Positions 50,816-58,939 of a DNA stretch of 64,000 nt are shown piece by piece. Under the pieces are notes generated by a model. That model made no database searches, was not told the DNA's origin, and saw only the letters and a program-made list of their open reading frames with translations. The translations under genes were made by a program, and so were the position numbers. Numbering within the stretch: the first letter of the stretch is position 1; each line of letters begins with the position of its first letter. Source of the stretch: a virus (Duplodnaviria > Caudoviricetes); IMG/VR virus record IMGVR_UViG_3300009692_000017, positions 28,277-92,276 of that record. One strand, written 5' to 3'.

Positions 50816-52418
50816 TTTTTTTAAATAGATTTTTAATATGATATTCATCATCGATTTCGTGATCTTCAAGATCTTCAATTTTTTTTTCGATATCCTTATA
50901 GATTCCTTTAATATTATCTATATTTATCCACAAAAAATTGCCATCGCTCCCTCCTTTGTCTCCATGCAACTTAAAATTGAATTCCACTAAATAACTATAG
51001 GAATCGCCCATTGACTTTTTAACCTTATGTCTTATTGTTGCTATCTTATTATCGATATCTAGCATATTAGAATATCCTTTACAAACTATAACATCTCCGA
51101 TAAAATAATTCAATTTTGGTTCTAGTCCTATAATTTGACTTTTCTGAGGTTTTTTATAATTTGAATCAAGATAAGATTTAATTTTGTGATAGTCTGTATC
51201 GTTAAAATAAAACATGAAACCATAAACACCTACAATGTTAGAATATTTTATAAGTTTTTCATTTTTTAATTTTTCTATTTGATCTTTTTTTAAAAAAATA
51301 ACTTCGCCGCTTGGAAATCCAACAACATAAATATCATTATCTTTTTTTGATAAGTTGATAATTTCAACTTTCATTTCTTTATCTACTGAATGCCCATTAA
51401 GATAAACTTGATATACATTATTTACTTCAACACTATTAACCATCATGTTTTTAATAACGTTGGCTTTAGTGTACCAAATACAAGTTTCTCCAAGTAAAAG
51501 ATCTTTTATGTTTTTTTCGGCCAAAGTTGCATCGCCTTTACAATCTGCAATTATAGTATTTAAATTGACATATTTAGGTTTGAAATTTTCATATAATTTA
51601 TTTTCACTTGTGAATTCTTCATCAATCCATTCTTCTTCACCGTATGGATCGTCTATTACATGTTTTAATTTCATTTTTTCTTTTTTTTGTTTTATTCTTT
51701 CTTGTTCTTCTTTCCATTTTTTAATATCATCTTCACTCGCTTTTTTTAAACGATTAAGGTATATATAATATGAAGATCTAGTATAATCATCATTATTGCT
51801 GCCATCGTGTAAACAATCATCGAATCTTACATTAAATTTGACAGTTGCGACAGCAAGTGTAATACATGTTATAATACCAATTTCACCTTTAAATAAAATG
51901 TCGTCCATTCTTCCGTTACATACTACCACATCTCCAACATTAAAATCGTCTTTACTTTCGTAAATTTTGTTTTCGTTTTCCCATTCTTCTTCACCATAAG
52001 GATCAACATCACGATATTTCAATCTCAATCTTTCTTTTTCTTTTTCTTTTTTATCGTAAAACGCTTTACATTTTTCTTTTCTTTTATTATATTCATTTTC
52101 GTCCAAATAACAAGATATTTTCCTATTGTAAATTGGTTCATATTCGTATCCGTTTTCGTCTATAAATGTATAATTGTGGTTATCTGGTTTAATGACATCC
52201 ATCACATAAATCGAATATTTTTGTTGAAGGGAACAATTTTTAGATGTTGTTCTATAGACATCAATAATAACTCTATTATTTTTTAAAATATCCATTAAAT
52301 ATGCACAAACAGGACCATAGTATCGATTATTTTCAAATGTTTGAAATTTGTTTTGAATTTGTTCTATTGTAAATTGATATTTAATAGATTCGTTTATATA
52401 AGTTAAATAATTTTTCAT
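50805..52418 (-). CDS. Modular protein with CTS-like leader, two internal DPYGEEEW motifs and two SH3-like domains
   Basis: MKNYLTYINES; motifs at 51981-52004 and 51627-51650; FNVGDVVVC and YFIGDVIVC domains. Confidence 0.7.
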   Translation of the reverse strand: MKNYLTYINESIKYQFTIEQIQNKFQTFENNRYYGPVCAYLMDILKNNRVIIDVYRTTSKNCSLQQKYSIYVMDVIKPDNHNYTFIDENGYEYEPIYNRKISCYLDENEYNKRKEKCKAFYDKKEKEKERLRLKYRDVDPYGEEEWENENKIYESKDDFNVGDVVVCNGRMDDILFKGEIGIITCITLAVATVKFNVRFDDCLHDGSNNDDYTRSSYYIYLNRLKKASEDDIKKWKEEQERIKQKKEKMKLKHVIDDPYGEEEWIDEEFTSENKLYENFKPKYVNLNTIIADCKGDATLAEKNIKDLLLGETCIWYTKANVIKNMMVNSVEVNNVYQVYLNGHSVDKEMKVEIINLSKKDNDIYVVGFPSGEVIFLKKDQIEKLKNEKLIKYSNIVGVYGFMFYFNDTDYHKIKSYLDSNYKKPQKSQIIGLEPKLNYFIGDVIVCKGYSNMLDIDNKIATIRHKVKKSMGDSYSYLVEFNFKLHGDKGGSDGNFLWINIDNIKGIYKDIEKKIEDLEDHEIDDEYHIKNLFKKNDK

Positions 52419-52985
52419 TTATCCTATTTTAATTATTTCATTTTTATTGTATTTTGGGGGTTTTCCATATACGGCAATACCAAATCTAATATAATCTCTC
52501 ACGTCATCTCTATCATGCCATCTTTTCATAAAATCAGAATATGTTAAATATCCCAAATTATATAGAGAAGGTTCACTGAATATTAATCTATTTTTACTAT
52601 ATCCGATTGCAACCGTATAATGCCCACATTGCCATTCCTCAGTATAATCTGTCTTATTACCCCATGCCTGTATAGAAACCAATACCGGAATATCCCTATT
52701 TATATAATAAATTAAATCATTAATTGTCATATTTTCTCTACAATTAGTTTGAAGTCCGTTCATATTTAGATATTTAATAACTTTATTCATGTCAGTGCCT
52801 TTTTGTTCGTTTGAACCTAAAAAGTTGGCTACTTCCATTTCTCTAGTGTCAATGCCATAATATGCTAATATTGTATCAATTGCAGCTATTGCACATGTAT
52901 AATCTGTAGATTGACGATTATCAGGAAAATTTATTAATTTTATTATATCATTTTGAGATTCAAATAATTGAGTCAATTTTTCCAT
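52419..52985 (-). CDS. Peptidase C39-like cysteine protease
   Basis: RQSTDYTCAIAA (Q...C), PVLV, GHYTVAIGY (H), FSEP; MEKLTQLFES leader. Confidence 0.8.
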   Translation of the reverse strand: MEKLTQLFESQNDIIKLINFPDNRQSTDYTCAIAAIDTILAYYGIDTREMEVANFLGSNEQKGTDMNKVIKYLNMNGLQTNCRENMTINDLIYYINRDIPVLVSIQAWGNKTDYTEEWQCGHYTVAIGYSKNRLIFSEPSLYNLGYLTYSDFMKRWHDRDDVRDYIRFGIAVYGKPPKYNKNEIIKIG

Positions 52986-53163
52986 ATCTTTTCTTATTTT
53001 TTACTTCTTTCAATTGAACTAATTTTTTATCTTTAATAATTTTAATCAATTCTTTTATTGTCATGTTTTTTAATTTATCTGTTTTTTCGCCAAATTCTAC
53101 TAATTTATTGATATAATAATCTTTCAATTTATCATATTCTTTGAATTTTTTCAATTTTTCCAT
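52960..53163 (-). CDS. Small basic protein with CTS-like leader
   Basis: MEKLKKFKEY; paralog of next gene (I.KLV..GE....L.NM.I..L). Confidence 0.6.
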   Translation of the reverse strand: MEKLKKFKEYDKLKDYYINKLVEFGEKTDKLKNMTIKELIKIIKDKKLVQLKEVKNKKRYGKIDSII

Positions 53164-53164
53164 A

Positions 53165-53356
53165 TCAATATTTTTTATTTTTTGACGCGTATAATCTTCC
53201 TAATTTTTCAATTGGCATATTTTGTAATCTTTTTTTATCTTCTCCCAATTTAACTAATTTCAAAATAAACCATTCTCTTGATCTATCAGATCTTTCTTTT
53301 TTAGTTTTTGGATCCATTCTATACATATATTCTTCAAAACTTTTTAAATTTTCCAT
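53165..53356 (-). CDS. Small basic protein with CTS-like leader
   Basis: MENLKSFEEY; tandem paralog. Confidence 0.6.
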   Translation of the reverse strand: MENLKSFEEYMYRMDPKTKKERSDRSREWFILKLVKLGEDKKRLQNMPIEKLGRLYASKNKKY

Positions 53357-53380
53357 ATTGATTTGTTATTATTTTTTTTA

Positions 53381-53938
53381 TCAATTTATCCTTATTTCCT
53401 TTATTTTTAATGATTTTAAATAATTTTTATATTCTTGGGTGAATCTATTATTAGAACATTTTAAATATCTTAAATTCGTTAAACTTTCAATCCCTTCTAA
53501 ACTAGTTAATTGATTATAAGAACAATCCAATTCTCTTAAATTAGTTAAATGTTCAATGCCTTCTAAACTAGTCAATTTATTATTAGAACAATATAATTCT
53601 CTTAAATTCGTTAAATGTTCAATGCCTTCTAAACTAGTTAATCGATTAGTATTACAAAATAATATTTTTAAATTCGTTAATTGTTCAATACCTTCTAAAC
53701 TGGTTAATTCATTATTATAACAATATAATATCTCTAAATTCGTTAAATATTCAATTCCTTCTAAACTAGTTAATTCATTATTATAACAATATAAACTCCT
53801 TATTTGATCTAATAGCATATTTTGTTTTTTGGCTAACGTTATTATAGGTGTATCGTTATCGTCGTTCCAATCTTCCTCACCATAAGGGTCAATGTCTTGT
53901 CTACTTAATTGTTCAAATGTTCTAAAATTTTTTATCAT
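53381..53938 (-). CDS. Leucine-rich repeat protein (22-aa internalin-like repeats) with N-terminal DPYGEEDW
   Basis: LTSLEGIE.LTNL..L.C..N. repeated five times (66-bp period); MIKNFRTFEQLSRQDIDPYGEEDW. Confidence 0.85.
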   Translation of the reverse strand: MIKNFRTFEQLSRQDIDPYGEEDWNDDNDTPIITLAKKQNMLLDQIRSLYCYNNELTSLEGIEYLTNLEILYCYNNELTSLEGIEQLTNLKILFCNTNRLTSLEGIEHLTNLRELYCSNNKLTSLEGIEHLTNLRELDCSYNQLTSLEGIESLTNLRYLKCSNNRFTQEYKNYLKSLKIKEIRIN

Positions 53939-54037
53939 TTTATATTTTTAAATCTTTTATAATCTTTTATTTTTCACTCACGAATTGTTCGTATTTTATG
54001 ATACTATATATAAAAAAGAAAAAACAGAAAATAAAAA

Positions 54038-54060
54038 AACCACATCAAAAAGATGTGGTT
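54038..54060 (-). terminator. Intrinsic terminator after thyA
   Basis: aaccacatc-aaaaa-gatgtggtt with adjacent T run on minus strand. Confidence 0.65.
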
Positions 54061-54083
54061 AAAAAGTCATTGATAAACTAAAA

Positions 54084-55157
54084 TTAAACCGATACTTCCA
54101 TTTTTAAATTAGCATGTGATTTATAATTTTCAATAATTATATCATCATATCTAAAGTCATAAATATTTTTAATATTTTGATTTAGGATTAATTTAGGAAG
54201 ATCATAACCTGTGCGTTCTAAAAGTTTTTTCATTTGTTCTATGTGATTATTGTAAATATGCACATCCCCAAAATTAATTATTAATTCACTCGGGAACATG
54301 TTAACCACTTTAGCTATCATGTGTAATAATAACGCGTATTCGGCAACGTTAAATGGACTTCCTAAGGCAAAATCGCAGCTCCTTTGATACATTTGCATAG
54401 ATAATTTTCTATTCGGAAAATCAGAGTGTTCTGACATTGGTTTCAACGGTAGTTTATTATCAACTAACCATTTTGAATAAGAATGTAATCTTTCTTCGTT
54501 GTTCATTTTACGAGAATATAATTGAAACATTAAATGGCATGGTGGTAATAACATATCATTAATCTCATCAGCTTTCCATGCGTCTAAAATTAATCTTCTC
54601 GAGTCTGGATTTTTTTTCAATTCTTCTATGAGATAATTTATTTGGTTCACTCCTTCGTGAACAATCAAATCCAATTGATCACCCGTTCTTTTTTTCTCAA
54701 TATATCCACCATAATTCGTCCATTGTTTACCATAACCAGGACCAATTGAACCGAATTCTCTGGCAAAATCATCATCTAAAATAATTTTTGATTCGAATTC
54801 TTTCATAGTGAAATCTGGTAGTTCTGGACGATATTCTCTGCTTTTCATGTATTTTTTATAAGGCCAATCACTCCAAAATGTCACGCCATTATCTAATAAG
54901 TATCTTATATTTGTATTACCGAATGATCCATATTTATCTTGATCATAAGAGCCAAGAAACCATAAGAGTTCGTGTATGACGGACTTAATATGAATTTTTC
55001 TAAGAGTCAGCAAAGGAAAACCTTCATCCATGTTAAAACGCATTTGATGCCCAAACAATGATATTGTTCCGGTTTTCGTTCTATCCATTTTATGGATTCC
55101 ACATTTTAATATTTTTTTAATGGTATCTTTATGTTGTTGATCTACTTTATTTGGCAT
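54084..55157 (-). CDS. thyA: Thymidylate synthase
   Basis: DRTKTGT, FPLLT, ELLWFL, SRR, LPPCH, YQRSCDFALGSPFN, GDVHIYNNH. Confidence 0.97.
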   Translation of the reverse strand: MPNKVDQQHKDTIKKILKCGIHKMDRTKTGTISLFGHQMRFNMDEGFPLLTLRKIHIKSVIHELLWFLGSYDQDKYGSFGNTNIRYLLDNGVTFWSDWPYKKYMKSREYRPELPDFTMKEFESKIILDDDFAREFGSIGPGYGKQWTNYGGYIEKKRTGDQLDLIVHEGVNQINYLIEELKKNPDSRRLILDAWKADEINDMLLPPCHLMFQLYSRKMNNEERLHSYSKWLVDNKLPLKPMSEHSDFPNRKLSMQMYQRSCDFALGSPFNVAEYALLLHMIAKVVNMFPSELIINFGDVHIYNNHIEQMKKLLERTGYDLPKLILNQNIKNIYDFRYDDIIIENYKSHANLKMEVSV

Positions 55158-55279
55158 ATTAATGTTTTTTTTATATTTCTTTTATTTTATTGAATCGTGA
55201 TGAATTAAATATCCTTTTTTCTTTTCGTAAAAATATGTCTAAAAACACTCTTTTTGTTATAGGATTCAATTTAAATTTA

Positions 55280-55480
55280 TTAATCATTATTTTCCTCTTC
55301 TTGTTTTAATTTCTGAATATAAATTGCTTTTTTTATTTGATTCCTGCGTTCAGCTGATGGTTTTACGTACTCTTGTCTATCTTTTAATTCTTTCATTTGT
55401 TTGGTTTTAGCTACTTTTCCTTTAAGTATTTTAAGAGCCCTATCTATTGTCAAACCATTTTTTAACGTCACTATTAACAT
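55280..55480 (-). CDS. rpsU: 30S ribosomal protein bS21 (Bacteroidota type)
   Basis: MLIV....IDRALK..K.K..KT....EL..RQEYVKPS..RR...KAIYIQ. Confidence 0.9.
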   Translation of the reverse strand: MLIVTLKNGLTIDRALKILKGKVAKTKQMKELKDRQEYVKPSAERRNQIKKAIYIQKLKQEEENND

Positions 55481-55486
55481 TATTTT

Positions 55487-55493
55487 CCTCCTT
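55487..55493 (-). promoter_or_regulatory. Strong Shine-Dalgarno AAGGAGG of rpsU
   Basis: cctcctt on + strand, 6 nt from the ATG at 55480. Confidence 0.75.
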
Positions 55494-55645
55494 TTTTACT
55501 TTTATATATTAACATATGAAGTGTGATTTTTCATATTCTTTTGATCGTTATCATTGTATAATAAAATCAAATAATAGTTTTAAAAAATTAAAAATCAACT
55601 TCTCAGTTTGAATATATAATTTTAAATATATCTATTTAAAATTAT

Positions 55646-56545
55646 ATGGTAAGAAAAACTAAAGAAGAATGTATTGAAAAGTTTATGAAAAAACACGGAT
55701 CAGTTTATGATTATTCTTTAGTGGAATATGTGAATAACATTACAAAAATAAAAATATTATGTCCCATTCACGGAATTTTTGAACAAACACCATCGGTTCA
55801 CTACGTGAGCGGATGTCCTAAATGTTTTAAGATACAATTAAAAGATTTTATTGAAAAATCATCTACATTACACGATAACTATTACGACTATAGTTTAATC
55901 GATTTCATAAAGAATAATAAACAAAAAGTAAAGATAATATGTCCAAGACACGGAATTTTTGAACAAAGGATAGATGGGCATCTTACCGGTAAAGGATGTG
56001 TTAAATGTGGGTTTGATAAACTAATCATAGGTGCAGATAGATTTATTGAAAATTCAAAAATGAAACATGGTGACATATATGACTATTCTAAAGTAAAAGA
56101 AACTTATGTGAATCAAAGATCGATAGTGGAAATAAAATGCAAAAAACACGGATTTTTCAAGCAAATAGCATACAATCACTCACACGGAAATGGTTGTCCT
56201 ACTTGTAAACACGACAGTAAAGGCCAAAAAGCAATAAGAAAATATCTTATAGAAAAAAATATTAAATTTAAAGAACAAAAATCTTTCAATGAGTGTAAAT
56301 ATAGAAAATGTTTATATTTTGATTTTTATTTACCATCTTATAACGCTTGTATAGAGTACGACGGCGAACAACATTTCATACCAGTAAAAAAATTTGGAGG
56401 TGAAAAATTATTGAAAGAAAATAAATTAAGAGATTCTATAAAAAATAATTTTTGTGAAAATAATAAAATCAATATTCTGAGAATTAGATTCAATGAAAAT
56501 ATAATTGAAAAATTAAATAATTATTTTTCAACTAAACTTTTGTAA
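55646..56545 (+). CDS. Homing endonuclease-like protein (three CPxHG repeats + Vsr-like domain)
   Basis: YDYS...I.CP.HG.F.Q....H..G.GC..C x3; FDFYLP...IEYDGEQHF...LRI. Confidence 0.8.
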   Translation: MVRKTKEECIEKFMKKHGSVYDYSLVEYVNNITKIKILCPIHGIFEQTPSVHYVSGCPKCFKIQLKDFIEKSSTLHDNYYDYSLIDFIKNNKQKVKIICPRHGIFEQRIDGHLTGKGCVKCGFDKLIIGADRFIENSKMKHGDIYDYSKVKETYVNQRSIVEIKCKKHGFFKQIAYNHSHGNGCPTCKHDSKGQKAIRKYLIEKNIKFKEQKSFNECKYRKCLYFDFYLPSYNACIEYDGEQHFIPVKKFGGEKLLKENKLRDSIKNNFCENNKINILRIRFNENIIEKLNNYFSTKLL

Positions 56546-57723
56546 AGTTTTTTCCTCTTTTCTCCAACAATATTAATACATAGATTTTCTTTTACATATT
56601 CATATAAATTTTCGCCGTGCTCTCTGGCAACATCAGGATTATCAGAATAAAACTTCATCTTCTCATACCACATCTTTGGTTTATCTTCATCGATTAAAAA
56701 TCCTTTTTGCTTACCGTCTTTCTTTCCTTCAATATCATCGATAGTATAAGGTCCATAGTTTGACGCAATTATAGGACAATGATGTGCACCGGATTCTATA
56801 ATCTTTAAATTCGATTTATAATAATTAAACATATTATTATTTTTTAAGGGAGCTAAGCAAACATCGGCTTCATTGTACATATGTCCGTAAGTCAATATGG
56901 GTCGTGTCCAGCGTCTTTGATAAAATTCGTTTATGAATTCTTCGTTTATTCCATAATTAGTATCATCAAAAGTATTTAGATATGTTCTATGATTATTATT
57001 TGTTATATATTTACCCTTAAAAGAAAAAATATCTTCAAAAAATGTCCATTGATTTGTTCTAGGATCACTTCTCATAATCATCCCCTTAGGAGTTCTGATC
57101 CTTAGATCATAACCACATACAAAAACTTGCGACTTTTTAAGGAATTCTTTATCAAACATTTCAAAGCTTTGTTTCAATAATCTCAAATCTGGCATGTGAC
57201 TTATTCCTCCTCCCCATAAAAATCTAATTTTATCAGATGGTCTTCTATTAAAGATCCATTGTTGTTCTTCTAGATTAACAGCGTTTTCCAGTACCGCCAC
57301 ATTTGGATTTTCTTCTTTAATCCTATTTGAAAATAAAGATGTTGTAGTAGTAACACAATCTGCTTCTTTTATGCTTTTAATAATACTTTCATATGCCTTT
57401 GATTTCTTCCATATATCATAATTTAAGTGGGAAGAGTTTAAAATCCAATAATCATCTATATCAAAAATTATTTTTATATTATTTCTTTTAATAATATCCA
57501 TAAAAGCCAAAAAATATTCTGGTTTTGCAAATGGAATTGATTTATTATAAAATAATATATTGAATTGTCTCATATAATTTTCATCCAATAAATTTAATGT
57601 AGAATCCATTAAAAGACGAATTTCAATATCGAAATCTGGATCGTTTATTGATAGATGTGGCATATAGTTTCTATAATACCCCACGCCATCATTATCACTC
57701 GACAAAACTAAAACTTTTATCAT
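56521..57723 (-). CDS. Glycosyltransferase (GT-B, GT4-like)
   Basis: GVGYYR..PH, FDIDDYW, WGGGISH..DL, LAPL....FN..KSNLKIIE. Confidence 0.8.
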   Translation of the reverse strand: MIKVLVLSSDNDGVGYYRNYMPHLSINDPDFDIEIRLLMDSTLNLLDENYMRQFNILFYNKSIPFAKPEYFLAFMDIIKRNNIKIIFDIDDYWILNSSHLNYDIWKKSKAYESIIKSIKEADCVTTTTSLFSNRIKEENPNVAVLENAVNLEEQQWIFNRRPSDKIRFLWGGGISHMPDLRLLKQSFEMFDKEFLKKSQVFVCGYDLRIRTPKGMIMRSDPRTNQWTFFEDIFSFKGKYITNNNHRTYLNTFDDTNYGINEEFINEFYQRRWTRPILTYGHMYNEADVCLAPLKNNNMFNYYKSNLKIIESGAHHCPIIASNYGPYTIDDIEGKKDGKQKGFLIDEDKPKMWYEKMKFYSDNPDVAREHGENLYEYVKENLCINIVGEKRKKLYKSLVEK

Positions 57724-57836
57724 GTAAAATTTTTTATTTATTTTATGTCTAATTCTTTATAAAGTTTTATTTTATGATAATAATTATCACTTTTAAAAAT
57801 TAATATATAAAAAAAATTGAAAAACTATTATAATAA

Positions 57837-58907
57837 ATGATATTATCATATAAAATTTTTGAATCCGAAATGAAACCAAAACCTGGTGATACTGTTGTGT
57901 GTGTTGGCAATATTGATGATTTAAAAACTCACAATCACGTTGGTATATTAAGAAATAACGGAATTGAATTTTTAAATAGATTCAGTGACAAATTGCACGA
58001 CTTGAGAGGTGAAATAAAAACTAAAAATGGTTGGTTTTTAATTGATCCTTCTTGGGTAAAACCGTTTTTTGATAATGAATCATCGAAAAATCTTCCAGTT
58101 TTTTATTCAAATAATTTTAAAAATATATTATCGTATAATTTAAAATTTCTTTTAGATTATGAAAGAATATATTATACTGATGTTTCTTTCATCGATAAAA
58201 CCAATAGAAACGATACTATTTCTTGTTTGAGTAGAAGAAATTTTGATAAATTGGAAAACAAAAATGATGTTTGGATAACACAAATGCGTCAAAATATGAG
58301 AATTGGTGGATTTATTAAAAAAATTGTACCTGAGGAAAATCAAAGAATGATTCAAGACTATACAAACGAATATAAATTTTCTTATAATCTAAGTGAAAAT
58401 TATTTATGCGATTTTAAAATATACAAAGGAATTGATATGGCTAAATGGTTTTGGGAAGTTAATTATGCTTATGGTGGCGGATCTCTACATGGGTCTTGTA
58501 TGAAACATGTTAAATCTCAAAGGCGTTTACCTATATACACAGATAATCCAGATAAAATAAAAATGTTAGTTATTAAAAACAAAGAAAATAAATTACTCGG
58601 TAGAGCCTTATTATGGAAATTAGATGTACCAAAAGGAAAAATTTATATGGATAGAGTATATAGTGCTGAAGATTATATAGATAAATTATTCATTGACTAC
58701 GCAAAAAAGAAAGGGTATTTAACTAGATTTGATGTTGATAAAAATAATATAACAATGATAGTTAATATTGAGAGAGACTTCGGTCCTCCTCAATATAATC
58801 CATATATGGATACTTTTAAATTTTTTATTAAAGATAAGAATTATTTGACAAATAGATTTAAAAATTTTGGACCTGGCGATTATTATGAATATGTCGATCA
58901 TGATTAA
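57837..58907 (+). CDS. SH3-like domain + phage domain protein with CTS-like leader
   Basis: MILSYKIFES, KPGDTVVC, GSLHGSCM...GRALLW...YMDRVY...PYMDTF; TTAATATATA at 57800-57809. Confidence 0.65.
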   Translation: MILSYKIFESEMKPKPGDTVVCVGNIDDLKTHNHVGILRNNGIEFLNRFSDKLHDLRGEIKTKNGWFLIDPSWVKPFFDNESSKNLPVFYSNNFKNILSYNLKFLLDYERIYYTDVSFIDKTNRNDTISCLSRRNFDKLENKNDVWITQMRQNMRIGGFIKKIVPEENQRMIQDYTNEYKFSYNLSENYLCDFKIYKGIDMAKWFWEVNYAYGGGSLHGSCMKHVKSQRRLPIYTDNPDKIKMLVIKNKENKLLGRALLWKLDVPKGKIYMDRVYSAEDYIDKLFIDYAKKKGYLTRFDVDKNNITMIVNIERDFGPPQYNPYMDTFKFFIKDKNYLTNRFKNFGPGDYYEYVDHD

Positions 58908-58939
58908 AATTATAAAAAAAAATATTAATATATATCATC

